Positions 9,203 through 19,223 are shown, numbered from the stretch's first letter. The stretch: 64,000 nt of DNA from Dehalococcoidia bacterium (GCA_963667465.2 CAXXDN010000002.1:288001-352000), one strand, 5' to 3'. Numbers and translations: made by a program. Notes: generated from the letters alone by a model not told the origin.

Positions 9203-11005
9203 ATGGCAACCGTTGCCGGCACGATGGCCGCACCGACTGCCGAGGGCGTGGTCTGGTCCTGGCTGACCACCGTCGATCACAAGCGCATCGGCGTCCTCTA
9301 CGGGGTGACCGCCTTCATCTTCTTCCTCGTCGGCGGCATCGAGGCACTGCTGATCCGCACACAGCTCGCCGTGCCCAACGGCGGAGTCATCGATCCCGAG
9401 CTCTACAACCAGCTCTTCACGATGCACGCGTTGACGATGATCTTCCTCGCGGTGATGCCGCTTGGGGCGGCCTTCTTCAACTACCTGATCCCGCTGATGA
9501 TCGGCGCGCGAGACGTCGCGTTCCCGCGGCTCAACGCGCTGTCCTACTGGATTTTCCTCGGCGGCGGCCTGGTGCTGACCAGCAGTTTCTTCCTCGGCGG
9601 CGCCCCGGACACCGGCTGGTTCGCGTACGCGCCGATCAGCGGAACCACCGCCTACTCCGGCAGCGGCATGGACTACTACGTGATCGGCCTGCTGATCCTC
9701 GGGCTGTCATCGCTGGCGGCGGCGCTGAACTTCGCAGTCACGATCATCAACATGCGCGCGCCGGGCATGACCATGATGCGGATGCCGGTCTTCGTCTGGA
9801 TGACGCTGATCGTGGCGTTCCTGCTGATTCTCGCGCTGCCGGTGCTGACCGTCGCGCTGGTCCAGCTGCTCTTCGACCGCCAGTTCACGACGAGCTTCTT
9901 CCTGCCCGGTGGCGGCGGCGACCCGATCCTCTGGCAGCACCTCTTCTGGATCTTCGGCCACCCGGAGGTCTACATCCTGATCCTCCCGGCGATGGGCATC
10001 GTCTCCGAGGTGCTCCCCACCTTTTCCCGCAAGCCGCTGTTCGGCTACGCGGCGATGGTCTTCGCTGGCGTCGCCATCGGCTTCCTCGGCTGGGCAGTGT
10101 GGAGCCACCACATGTTCACCACCGGCCTTGGCGCCGTGCCGCGCGTGGTCTTTGCAACCAGCACGATGATCATCGGGGTGCCGACAGGCATCAAGATCTT
10201 CAACTGGCTCAGCACGATGTGGGGCGGCAGCATCCGTTTCACGACGGCGACGTACTTCTCCGTCTCCTTCATCGCGCTGTTCACCATCGGTGGTATCTCG
10301 GGCGTGATGCACGCCTCGCCACCGGTCGACCAGCAGCAGCAGGACACCTACTTCATCGTCGCCCACCTCCACTACGTGCTCGTCGGCGGCGCGATCGTCG
10401 GCATCTTCTCCGGTCTCTACTACTGGTGGCCGAAGATGACCGGGCGCTTCCTCTCCGAGACGCTCGGGAAGTGGAACTTCTGGCTGATGTTCATTGGCCT
10501 CAACATGACGTTCTTCCCGATGCACTTCCTGGGCGTTGCCGGGATGCCGCGGCGCATCTACACCTATGACGAGGGGCTCGGCTGGGAGTTCTGGAACCTC
10601 TTCGCCTCGATCGGCGCCTTCATCCTCGCGCTCGGGGTGCTGGTCTTCGTGATCAACGTCGCGCGCACCATGCGCCAGCCGAAGACCGCCGATGACAACC
10701 CCTGGGGCGGGTCCACCCTCGAGTGGGCCACGAGCTCGCCGCCGCCGGAGCACGACTTCGACGCGATCCCCGAGGTGCGCGCGCGCGACCCGCTGTGGCA
10801 CGACCGCGACCACGGCCTGAGCCAGCCCGAGGGCGATCCGGACGAGCACATCCACATGCCGCCGCCGTCCTACTACCCGCTGATCCTCGCGTTCGGCGTG
10901 CTGATGCTTGGTGTCGGCCCGCTCTCGCACCTCGCGGTGACGGCGCTGGGCGTGCCGGTGATCATCTACGCGATCTGGGGCTGGGTCCTGGAACCCACGG
11001 AGTAG
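9203..11005 (+). CDS. ctaD: cytochrome c oxidase subunit I (A1 type)
   Basis: DHKRIG, FGHPEVY, WSHHMF, HLHYV, GMPRR. Confidence 0.98.
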   Translation: MATVAGTMAAPTAEGVVWSWLTTVDHKRIGVLYGVTAFIFFLVGGIEALLIRTQLAVPNGGVIDPELYNQLFTMHALTMIFLAVMPLGAAFFNYLIPLMIGARDVAFPRLNALSYWIFLGGGLVLTSSFFLGGAPDTGWFAYAPISGTTAYSGSGMDYYVIGLLILGLSSLAAALNFAVTIINMRAPGMTMMRMPVFVWMTLIVAFLLILALPVLTVALVQLLFDRQFTTSFFLPGGGGDPILWQHLFWIFGHPEVYILILPAMGIVSEVLPTFSRKPLFGYAAMVFAGVAIGFLGWAVWSHHMFTTGLGAVPRVVFATSTMIIGVPTGIKIFNWLSTMWGGSIRFTTATYFSVSFIALFTIGGISGVMHASPPVDQQQQDTYFIVAHLHYVLVGGAIVGIFSGLYYWWPKMTGRFLSETLGKWNFWLMFIGLNMTFFPMHFLGVAGMPRRIYTYDEGLGWEFWNLFASIGAFILALGVLVFVINVARTMRQPKTADDNPWGGSTLEWATSSPPPEHDFDAIPEVRARDPLWHDRDHGLSQPEGDPDEHIHMPPPSYYPLILAFGVLMLGVGPLSHLAVTALGVPVIIYAIWGWVLEPTE

Positions 11006-11018
11006 GCAAGGACGACAC

Positions 11019-11738
11019 GTGGCGACAGCCGAGCAGCACGTCGAGCACCACTCCGTCACCGGTATCGACAACCGGAAGCTCCTCATGTGGATCTTCCTCG
11101 GGTCCGAGTGCCTGTTCTTCGGCGCCCTCATCTCCACCTACCTGATCTTCAAGGCCGACATCCCCGCCCCGCCCCTGAGCTTCGTCGAGGCCCATACCCA
11201 CATCGAGAACGGCCATGAGATCGTCACCGGCTGGTTCCCGATCGACCGCGTCATCGACGACGTCTACACGAACCAGGACGGCACCTTCAGGGAGGTCGAG
11301 TTCGCGGGCGTGCTCGACATCCCGATCACCTCGCAGAGCACCTTCGTGCTGCTGATGAGCTCGGTGACGATGGTGCTCGCGGTCTATGGAGCACAACACG
11401 GCCGGCTGTTGATGATGAAGGCGTGGCTGCTCGCCACCGTTCTGCTGGGCCTGATCTTCCTCGGCTATCAGGTCTACGAATTCCGCTTCTTCGGGAGCGA
11501 GGGGCTCACGCTGGAGACGAACCAGTTCGGCGCCTCGTTCTTCGTACTGACGGGCTTCCACGGAACGCACGTCTTCATAGGCGTACTGATCCTCGCGTCG
11601 TTGCTGCTGGCGTCGTTCCGGCGCAGCGGACTGGGACCGGAGGCCGGCTTCCACGTCGAAACGGCGGGCCTCTATTGGCACTTCGTCGATATCGTCTGGA
11701 TCGTGATCTTCACGATCATCTACCTGATACCGGCCTGA
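11019..11738 (+). CDS. ctaE: cytochrome c oxidase subunit III
   Basis: MWIFLGSE, TGFHGTHV, YWHFVDIVW. Confidence 0.96.
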   Translation: MATAEQHVEHHSVTGIDNRKLLMWIFLGSECLFFGALISTYLIFKADIPAPPLSFVEAHTHIENGHEIVTGWFPIDRVIDDVYTNQDGTFREVEFAGVLDIPITSQSTFVLLMSSVTMVLAVYGAQHGRLLMMKAWLLATVLLGLIFLGYQVYEFRFFGSEGLTLETNQFGASFFVLTGFHGTHVFIGVLILASLLLASFRRSGLGPEAGFHVETAGLYWHFVDIVWIVIFTIIYLIPA

Positions 11739-11763
11739 TCGCGGCGGATCCGATCAGGGAGGA

Positions 11764-12111
11764 GTGGAGCACGCGATGAGCCACGGCGGATCTCACGCAC
11801 CACACGCCCAGGAGCAGCACGGCCTCACGCCGAGGCAGTACATCGGGCTCGGTATCGCGCTCACGATCATCACCATCGTCGAGCTCGGCGCCTCGCTCTG
11901 GGTGGACCTCGGCAGCCTGCTGATCCCGGTCCTGATCGTGCTGTCCGCCGTCAAATTCATCGCGGTCGTCGCCTTCTTCATGCACCTCTACTACGAACCG
12001 CAGCTGCTGACGCGTGTCTTCGTCGGCTCGTTCGTGCTCGCGACCGGCGTGATGATCGCGCTGCTCGCCCTCTTCTGGACCGACATCACGGACCTGCTGA
12101 ACGGCGTCTGA
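11764..12111 (+). CDS. ctaF: cytochrome c oxidase subunit IV (caa3 CtaF type)
   Basis: LTIITIVE, KFIAVVAFFMHLYYE; three TM helices; operon position. Confidence 0.88.
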   Translation: MEHAMSHGGSHAPHAQEQHGLTPRQYIGLGIALTIITIVELGASLWVDLGSLLIPVLIVLSAVKFIAVVAFFMHLYYEPQLLTRVFVGSFVLATGVMIALLALFWTDITDLLNGV

Positions 12112-12138
12112 GCCTCACGAAGCCCGGGCGAGCAACAC

Positions 12139-12160
12139 CGGCCCCGCGACTGCGGGGCCG
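12139..12160. terminator. GC hairpin between convergent ctaF and ctaG
   Basis: CGGCCCCGC-gact-GCGGGGCCG perfect 9-bp stem; weak U tract. Confidence 0.55.
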
Positions 12161-12188
12161 TCTTCGTCGCGCCTCGGGGCTCTCGACG

Positions 12189-13124
12189 TCAGGACGAGGT
12201 TGCGCCAGCCTGCGCTGCGGCCAGCCGCTCCGCCTCCTCGGCCTGCTGGCGCTGCTCCGCCTTGTGCGCCCACACGGCGAAGACGATGCCGGCGGCGATC
12301 AGGAACATCATCTGGCCGGGCACCCACATGATCAGCCCGCCGATCTCCTGGTCGCGGATCGGCTCGATGGCGATGAGCGGCTCCACGTTGTCGTAGAAGT
12401 CGTAGAGCAGCGACCCGCTGAACGTGATCATCGCGCCCAGGAACGCCTTCGGCGTGCCGACGACGATGAGCAGCCCCATCCGCCAGACGTAGCCGAGCCT
12501 CGAGCGCAGCGGGGCGGGGTCGATCACGTTCCACCAGACCAGCACCCCGGCTGCCGTCATGCTGAAGTGCTGCAGGTCGTGCACGATGTCGTCAGTTACG
12601 GCGGCGTCGTACCAGCCGGGCGCGAGGTGCCAGGCCCACAGCACCCCGGTATGCACGACGACCGCCATCAGCGGGTGCGTCACGAACCGGTAGAGCGCGC
12701 GCGCCTCCGGGCGGCGCAGCACTGGTCGCACCAGCACGCGCCGCACCGCGCGAGGCATCCCGCGCAGCACCGGCGTGGTCGGCGCGCCGAGCAGAATCAA
12801 CGGCGCCGCGTACATCATCAGCAGGTCATGCTGAATCATGTGCACGAAGAAGTGGTGCTCGGCGACAGCGTCGAGGGGTGACTCGATCGTGAGCAGCAGG
12901 ATTGCGATGCCTGTCAGGTAACAGGCGGTGCGCCAGCGTGGATGCGGGCGGCTGCGATTGCGCCAGACATAGAGGCCGCGCAGGTAGAGCCCCGTCACGA
13001 TCGCGACCGGGATGACCAGCTCCGGGTCGAAGTTCCAGCGCTCCCACCACTGCTGGCCGGCGTGGACGCCCTCGTGCGCCGCGCCCGCCGCCTGTCCGAG
13101 CCGCGTGATCAGATCGACCTGCAC
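12189..13124 (-). CDS. ctaG: caa3 oxidase assembly factor CtaG
   Basis: SPLD, HMIQH, APLILLG, WAWH, DQEIGGLIMWVPG; GTG start with GGAGG upstream. Confidence 0.9.
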   Translation of the reverse strand: MQVDLITRLGQAAGAAHEGVHAGQQWWERWNFDPELVIPVAIVTGLYLRGLYVWRNRSRPHPRWRTACYLTGIAILLLTIESPLDAVAEHHFFVHMIQHDLLMMYAAPLILLGAPTTPVLRGMPRAVRRVLVRPVLRRPEARALYRFVTHPLMAVVVHTGVLWAWHLAPGWYDAAVTDDIVHDLQHFSMTAAGVLVWWNVIDPAPLRSRLGYVWRMGLLIVVGTPKAFLGAMITFSGSLLYDFYDNVEPLIAIEPIRDQEIGGLIMWVPGQMMFLIAAGIVFAVWAHKAEQRQQAEEAERLAAAQAGATSS

Positions 13125-13299
13125 GGGAGCCCTCCGCAGCCGCCGCAGAAGCGGCTCGCCTCCCCGACAGTTTGCCCCGGCGCGCGGCAGGGCGCAGCAC
13201 GGCGCGATTGACCGCGCTCGCGTTGCCCTCGTACGATCGGGGCCGGCGAGTTCGTGTACGAGATACGCGAACAGCCACCCGGAAGGGCGAGGACCGCGA

Positions 13300-15015
13300 A
13301 TGCGACCGCTGCGCGTGGCGCTGGCGCAGATCAACACAACCGTCGGTGACTTCGACGGCAACCGCGCACGCATCCTCGAGGCCGCGCGAGAGGCCGCCGC
13401 GCGCGACGCCGACCTCGTCGCCTTCCCGGAGCTCGCGATCACCGGCTTCCCGCCGGAGGACCTGCTGCTGCGCGCCCCGTTCATCGAGGAGGCGGGGCGC
13501 TCGCTCGCGCGGCTGATCGAGGAGTCGCGAGGCCTGCCGCCGCTGATCGTCGGCGCGCCGGAGTTCGACGTCGCGCTCTACAACACCGCGTTCGTGCTGC
13601 ACGACGGGCGCGTCGTGGGCGGGCACCGCAAGCAGCACCTGCCCAACTACGGCGTCTTCGACGACGAGCGCTACTTCCAGCCCGGCGTCTCGACGCCGCG
13701 CTTCGTCATCGGCGGTGTCGAGGTGGCGGCGAGCGTCTGCGAGGACATCTGGTACCCGGACGGCCCCGCGCGCGAGGCTGCCCTTGCCGGGGCGCTGGTC
13801 GTCGTGAACATCAACCACTCGCCGTTCCACGCAGGCAAGCGCCGCGAGCGCGAGCGGATGCTCGCCACCCGCGCCGTCGACAACCACGTCGCCATCGCCT
13901 ACGTGAACCAGGTCGGCGGGCAGGACGAGATCGTGCTCGACGGCAACTCGATCGTGCTCGGTCCGGACGGGGACGTCCTCGCGCGCGGGTCCTCCTTCCT
14001 CGAAGACCTCGTCGTTGTCGACATACCTGTCGAAGAAGTGGTGCAGGCGCGCATGCACGAGTCGCGGCGCGGCCGCGAGCGGCCCGCGGCCGCGCCGCCG
14101 GCCGTGCCCGTCACGCCAGCCACCGAGGGCGTGCGGGCGCCGCTCGAAGCCGTGCTGACGGAGCCGCCGGACGAACTCGAGGAGACGTACCGCGCGCTGG
14201 TTACCGGCACGCGCGACTACCTCGGCAAGACCGGCTTCGAGGACGCGATCATCGCGCTCTCGGGTGGCATCGACTCCTCGCTGGTCGCGGCGATCGCTGT
14301 CGACGCGCTGGGGCCGGAGCACGTGCGAGGCATCTCGTTGCCCTCGCGCTACTCCTCGGAGGGCTCGATCGCGGACGCGCAGGATCTGGCGACGCGGCTC
14401 GGCATCCAGCTCTCGGCGATCCCGATCGAGCCGCTGCACCAGGCTGCCATCGACGCGCTCGCCCGCGAGTTCGAGGGCAGCGAGGCGGGCCCGGCCGAGG
14501 AGAACGTGCAGTCGCGGCTGCGCGGCCTGCTTGTGATGGCGCTCTCCAACAAGACGGGCGCGATCGTGCTCACGACGGGCAACAAGTCCGAGTACGCCTG
14601 CGGCTACGCCACGCTCTATGGCGACATGGCGGGCGGCTACGCGGTGATCAAGGACGTGCCGAAGACCCTCGTCTACGCCCTCTCGCGCTACCGCAACAGC
14701 GTGAGCGAGGTGATCCCGCAGGCCGTGATCGACAAGCCGCCCTCCGCCGAACTGCGCCCCGACCAGCTCGACACCGACTCACTACCGCCCTACGAGGTAC
14801 TCGACCCGATCATCGAGGCCTACGTAGAGGCCGACGACTCCTTCGAGACGATCGTCGCCCGCGGCTATGACGAGGCGACAGTGCGCCGCGTCATCGACCT
14901 GATCAACCGCAACGAGTACAAGCGCCGCCAGTCGCCGCCGGGCATCAAGATCACCCCCCGCGCCTTCGGCCGTGACCGCCGCTACCCCCTCGCCTCGCGC
15001 TACCGGGGGCACTGA
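13300..15015 (+). CDS. nadE: glutamine-dependent NAD+ synthetase
   Basis: Nitrilase domain (FPEL, LPNYGVFDDERYF, CEDIW) plus SGGIDS, TGNKSE, KPPSAEL. Confidence 0.96.
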   Translation: MRPLRVALAQINTTVGDFDGNRARILEAAREAAARDADLVAFPELAITGFPPEDLLLRAPFIEEAGRSLARLIEESRGLPPLIVGAPEFDVALYNTAFVLHDGRVVGGHRKQHLPNYGVFDDERYFQPGVSTPRFVIGGVEVAASVCEDIWYPDGPAREAALAGALVVVNINHSPFHAGKRRERERMLATRAVDNHVAIAYVNQVGGQDEIVLDGNSIVLGPDGDVLARGSSFLEDLVVVDIPVEEVVQARMHESRRGRERPAAAPPAVPVTPATEGVRAPLEAVLTEPPDELEETYRALVTGTRDYLGKTGFEDAIIALSGGIDSSLVAAIAVDALGPEHVRGISLPSRYSSEGSIADAQDLATRLGIQLSAIPIEPLHQAAIDALAREFEGSEAGPAEENVQSRLRGLLVMALSNKTGAIVLTTGNKSEYACGYATLYGDMAGGYAVIKDVPKTLVYALSRYRNSVSEVIPQAVIDKPPSAELRPDQLDTDSLPPYEVLDPIIEAYVEADDSFETIVARGYDEATVRRVIDLINRNEYKRRQSPPGIKITPRAFGRDRRYPLASRYRGH

Positions 15016-15035
15016 CCACAGACTGGCTGCGCCGT

Positions 15036-15074
15036 CCGGCCCCCTCTCCTGGGGGAGAGGGCGGGGGTGAGGGG
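15036..15074. repeat. REP-like palindromic repeat type A, intact copy
   Basis: CCGGCCCCCTCTCCTGGGGGAGAGGGCGGGGGTGAGGGG; related copies at 28649, 28788 (inverted) and 47082/48596 (split by IS). Confidence 0.8.
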
Positions 15075-15126
15075 CACGCCGAACATCCGAGGACGCGCGC
15101 CACGCCCATTGGCCGGGCTGACCCGG

Positions 15127-15156
15127 CTGGGGTTCCGGCTTTCGCCGGAATGACGG
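15127..15156. repeat. REP-like palindromic repeat type B
   Basis: TTCCGGCTTTCGCCGGAATGACGG, also at 47044-47072. Confidence 0.75.
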
Positions 15157-15241
15157 TGGGAGGGGATGCGTGAAGCCGTGGACATACAACGAGGGCGGCC
15201 CCACAGCCGCCCTCGCTTCGTTGCCCGTTGCGGCGGGGCCG

Positions 15242-16522
15242 CTACCCCGCGGATGCGGCTGCGGCCTCGCCGATCGGCTCGCCCGTGGCGGTGTCGCGCT
15301 CGAAGGGGCTGAACAGCTCCAGCTCCTCGCCCATCTCGCGGACTGCGGGGATCACCTCTTCGCCCATCAGCGTCAGGCTGCGCATCGAGTCCTCGTGCGT
15401 CATCGCGCCGTCGCCGTCCCAGAGGAAGATCGAGCCGGGGCGCAGCTCCTGGAGCACCTCGCGAATCTTCGGGATGACCGACTTCGGTGTGCCCGTGATG
15501 ATCGTCTTCGTCTCGACCTGATCCTCGTAGCTGCGGCCCTGGTTGCCGCGCACGCGCGGCGCGACGGCGCCCGCGACCTGCCGGCCGGCCGGCTGTGCGC
15601 CGCCCGTGGGCAGCAGGTTCGTGCGTGAGGTCAGGCCGGGCAGGTTCTGGATGTAGGGGTTCACGTTCCCCGTGTTGCCCTCGAGGAACGGGTTGGGCGG
15701 GCCCTCGATGAACTTGCGGGCGGTCTCGTAGGCCAGCTCCTCGGTCTCGTCGACGTGGACCTTGAAGAGGTAGCCGATGTTCTGCGTGCCGGACTCGTAG
15801 CCCTCGCGCTCGGCGACCTCGTGGTAGTAGGCGAAGGACTGCTTGGTCGGCTCGAGCTGGGTGGCGAGCATGATGTAGGGGTAGCGGTGCCGCGCGGCCC
15901 ACTCGACGGTGTTGCGGCTGACGACGCCGGGGATCCACATCTGCGGGTGCGGCTTCTGGTAGGGGCGGACGAACGGGTTCACGTAGCGGTAGTTGAAGTG
16001 CTCGCCCTCCCAGCGGAAGGGGCCGGGCCGCGTCCACGCCGCCACCACGAAGTCATGCGCCTCCTGGAAGCGCTCCCAGTTGAAGGGTGGCTGCGCGTTG
16101 TGCGAGACGCTTTCGCGGCCGCCGCCGCGCACCCAGCCGGTGACGAGACGCCCTCGCGAGATCATGTCGATCTCGGACAGGCTCTCGGCGAGGAAGAGCG
16201 GGTCGTCCCAGAGCGGCAGGACGTTGCCGGCGAGGACGATCTTCACCTTCTTCGTGATCCTCGCGAGGATGGCGGCCTCGACGTTGAGGACGCTGCCCAT
16301 GCAGAAGGGGGTGGAGTGGTGCTCGTTGAGCATCACGCCGTCGAAGCCCATCTCCTCGGCGTAGACCTTCTCATCGAGGTAGCGGTTGTAGAGCTCGGCG
16401 CCGAGCCTGGGGTTGTAGTTCCCGTTGGAGATATTGAGGTCGGTGTTGGAGCGGCCCGTGATGCCGAAGAATCCGGAATCGCGGTCCTGGTAGGGCCGCT
16501 CGGTGAAGTAGCCGATGAACAT
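15242..16522 (-). CDS. LLM-class flavin-dependent oxidoreductase
   Basis: GFDGVMLNEHH, ISRGRLVTGWVRG, RPYQKPHPQMWIPG. Confidence 0.9.
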   Translation of the reverse strand: MFIGYFTERPYQDRDSGFFGITGRSNTDLNISNGNYNPRLGAELYNRYLDEKVYAEEMGFDGVMLNEHHSTPFCMGSVLNVEAAILARITKKVKIVLAGNVLPLWDDPLFLAESLSEIDMISRGRLVTGWVRGGGRESVSHNAQPPFNWERFQEAHDFVVAAWTRPGPFRWEGEHFNYRYVNPFVRPYQKPHPQMWIPGVVSRNTVEWAARHRYPYIMLATQLEPTKQSFAYYHEVAEREGYESGTQNIGYLFKVHVDETEELAYETARKFIEGPPNPFLEGNTGNVNPYIQNLPGLTSRTNLLPTGGAQPAGRQVAGAVAPRVRGNQGRSYEDQVETKTIITGTPKSVIPKIREVLQELRPGSIFLWDGDGAMTHEDSMRSLTLMGEEVIPAVREMGEELELFSPFERDTATGEPIGEAAAASAG

Positions 16523-16640
16523 GTTTCGCCCTCCCGCAGCGTGCGGACGCGTCCGCCCGCCCATGCTACCGAATCCCGCGCCCGCGCGCGCTGTCAGGGG
16601 CGGAGGAGGCGGATGTCTGGTTGTCGCGCTCGGCGCTCGT

Positions 16641-17165
16641 TCAGTCGTCCGCGCGCCGTCGCCAGTCGAGCCGTTCCAAGATGTACGGCCACAGGGCACC
16701 GCCAAAGTGCGGATCGACCGGGCCGATGAGGTTCTCGGCGCGATCTTCCTCGGCAGCGGTCTCGCACATCCATACGCGGCAGGTCGCGGCCTGCTCTTTT
16801 GTCGCGGGGTCGAAGGCGAACATCAACATCGCGCCGGTCGATTCCGGATCTAGGAGGACTGAGTCAGGATCGAAGCCGGCCAGCCGCGTCTCGTTCCGGT
16901 GCCCGCCACGATACTGGCTGTTGTACCAGACAGCCCGAATCGCCTGACTATGCGAATGGCTGTCCATGGTCATCTCGATCGGTTCCGAGGGGTTGACCTT
17001 GCCTGCCCAGAAGACCCTTGGGACCACTCGGACGGTGACCTGCCTCGGGATGAAGATGCCATCAGGGCCTCCGGCCCGTCCGGGCCCGATGTAAGGGAGC
17101 CGCGTCGAGTACAGCGGCTTGAGTGTCGCCATGTGTTCGCTCAGCCAATCCACCACATCTCGCAC
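16641..17165 (-). CDS. stand-alone EcoRII N-terminal effector-binding (B3-like) domain protein
   Basis: RAVWYNS...RNETRLAGF...LLDPESTGAMLMFAF...VWMC...EED...IGPV resembles EcoRII-N; no nuclease domain follows. Confidence 0.7.
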   Translation of the reverse strand: MRDVVDWLSEHMATLKPLYSTRLPYIGPGRAGGPDGIFIPRQVTVRVVPRVFWAGKVNPSEPIEMTMDSHSHSQAIRAVWYNSQYRGGHRNETRLAGFDPDSVLLDPESTGAMLMFAFDPATKEQAATCRVWMCETAAEEDRAENLIGPVDPHFGGALWPYILERLDWRRRADD

Positions 17166-17291
17166 TGACCAAGCCCCTATCTCCCCTGCTCAGTCGGTCG
17201 TGGCGCTGATCATACTGCCCAAATCGTGCCCCAATCCTGGATCGGCAGACTCCGTTACCCTGGCGGGCCATTGGCTTGGGTGGGGGAACGC

Positions 17292-17996
17292 GTGGAACTC
17301 GGGAGCCTCAGGCCCAGCGCGATCGTCAGCTACCACCGGATGTGCACGGAGGAGCACGAGGTGCGCCTCCAGAGGGGAATGAACTTCCGTCTCGATCCGA
17401 GGTACAGCGTGATGTTGATGAGCCGCCGTGAGGGCGCGCCGTACGCGGACGCTGTCGAGGACGGGGGCGAGACCCTCGTCTACGAGGGGCACGACGCCTC
17501 GCGTGTCAGGGGCGGGCGAGACCCTACGACGATGGACCAGCCACTCGCATGGGCGTCGGGACGGCCAACTCAGAACGCTCTCTTCCGGGAAGCGGCCCTT
17601 GCATACCGGGATGGTCGTGTCGAAGCAGAACTAGTGAAGGTCTACGAGAAGCTCCTGAGGGGAATGTGGGTCTTCAACGGGATCTTCCGGTTGACCGACT
17701 GTTGGGGTGAAGAGAGCGTCGGGCGCACAGTGTTCAAGTTCCGCCTCGAACTTGCCGGGGAAGACTTGCAGGCGCCCGAGCCCTCACTCCGCGAACGAAG
17801 CCGCATGATCCCCTCGGCAGTGAAGCTCGCGGTGTGGGAGCGTGACGGCGGGAAATGTCGCATGTGTGGGGAGGGCGACGAGATTCACTTCGACCACATC
17901 ATCCCCTACTCAGCGGGCGGCTCGTCGATCACGGTGGACAACGTTCAGATCCTCTGTGCCCGCCACAATCTGGAGAAGAGCGACCGCATCGAGTAG
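17292..17996 (+). CDS. HNH endonuclease with N-terminal SRA/PUA-like domain (start uncertain)
   Basis: C-terminal RDGGKCRMCG...HFDHIIPYSAGG...NVQILCARHN; N-terminal LQRGMNF...PYAD...LVYEGHD. Confidence 0.8.
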   Translation: MELGSLRPSAIVSYHRMCTEEHEVRLQRGMNFRLDPRYSVMLMSRREGAPYADAVEDGGETLVYEGHDASRVRGGRDPTTMDQPLAWASGRPTQNALFREAALAYRDGRVEAELVKVYEKLLRGMWVFNGIFRLTDCWGEESVGRTVFKFRLELAGEDLQAPEPSLRERSRMIPSAVKLAVWERDGGKCRMCGEGDEIHFDHIIPYSAGGSSITVDNVQILCARHNLEKSDRIE

Positions 17997-18051
17997 CCTT
18001 CGTTCGCTCCCGCGCCCGCGCCCGCGCCCACGCGCGCTGCCCCTATCCGCC

Positions 18052-18891
18052 TCACCCAAGAAACGGCCGTGCAGCCCCCACGAGCCGCAGGGCGTGGGCG
18101 TGCGCCTCGACATCGTGGGCGCGGATGACGTGGGCGCCGCGGGCGGCGGCCAGCGTGTGGAAGGCGAGCGTCGCCTCCAGCAGGCCGGGGGCGTCCTGCC
18201 GCTTCTCGTGTCCCAGCGCCTCGGCGAGGAAGCCCTTGCGCGAGGCGGAGACGAGCACGGGGTAGCCTTCGGCGGCGAGCGCCGGCAGGTCGCCGAGCAG
18301 CCGCAGGTTGTCCTCCAGCGACTTCGCGAACTCGAAGCCGGGGTCGAGCCAGGGGCGCGGCGCGCCGGCCGCCTCGAGGGCGTTCGCGCGCTCGAGCAGG
18401 AAGGCGCGCACCTCGCCGCCGATGTCGTCGTAGGTCTGGTCCACGGCGTAGTGGCCGTGCGGGCGGCCGCGCATGTGCATGACGACGCCGGGCAGGCCGT
18501 GCCCCGCGGCGACGGCGATCAGCTTCGGGTCGCGGAAGCCGCTGACGTCGTTGAGCAGGTGCGCGCCGGCCTCGGCGGCGGCGCGGGCGACGGCAGGTGT
18601 CCACGTGTCGACCGAGACGGGGACGCCCTCGCCGCTGAGCGCCTCGATCACCGGCGCGACGCGCTCGATCTCCTCCTGCGCCTCGATCTCCGCGGCCCTC
18701 GATGAGGTCGAGTGTGCGCCGACGTCAATGATGTCGGCGCCCTGCTCGTGCAGCTCGCGCGCCCGCGCGAGCGCCTTCGAGGGGTCGACAACGGAGGCGG
18801 CGATCGGCGAGTCGCGGGAGACGTTGAGGATCGCCATGATCGCGGCGCGCCCGCTGGTGTCGATGCGGTGCTCGCCGAGCTGGAGCAGCAC
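18052..18891 (-). CDS. folP: dihydropteroate synthase
   Basis: MAILNV, GADIIDVG, SVDT, NDVSG, DPG, SRKGF, IRAHDV. Confidence 0.92.
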   Translation of the reverse strand: MLLQLGEHRIDTSGRAAIMAILNVSRDSPIAASVVDPSKALARARELHEQGADIIDVGAHSTSSRAAEIEAQEEIERVAPVIEALSGEGVPVSVDTWTPAVARAAAEAGAHLLNDVSGFRDPKLIAVAAGHGLPGVVMHMRGRPHGHYAVDQTYDDIGGEVRAFLLERANALEAAGAPRPWLDPGFEFAKSLEDNLRLLGDLPALAAEGYPVLVSASRKGFLAEALGHEKRQDAPGLLEATLAFHTLAAARGAHVIRAHDVEAHAHALRLVGAARPFLG

Positions 18892-19024
18892 GCGGCATCC
18901 TCCTCGTAGCGCGGGCGTGCGCCCGCTGCGCTGCGAGTCTACGCGCGGCCCCGGCTACGGGGCGTGGGTGGACTGTCGCAGCGCTGCGCCGCGTCGTAGA
19001 GTCGCCGGGAAGGCCAAGGGGTGT

Positions 19025-19222
19025 ATGCCGAAGGTACGGGAAGCGATCCGTCTCGTGGAGCGTGACGGGTGGGAGCTGGACCGTACGCGCGGAAGCCACC
19101 GCCAATACCGGCATCCGCACAAGCCCGGTACCGTGACGATCGCGGGCCGGCCGAGCAAGGACCTGGCGCCCGGGACATGGAATAACATCCTCAAGCAAGC
19201 GGGACTCAGCAGAGGAGACTAG
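19025..19222 (+). CDS. hicA: HicA family toxin
   Basis: 65 aa; DGWELDRTRGSHRQYRHPHKPGTVTI...GTWNNILKQAGL. Confidence 0.9.
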   Translation: MPKVREAIRLVERDGWELDRTRGSHRQYRHPHKPGTVTIAGRPSKDLAPGTWNNILKQAGLSRGD

Positions 19223-19223
19223 G

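Noticed and set aside
18008-18036. CCCGCG short tandem run
   Set aside because: Low-complexity GC run with no supportable function
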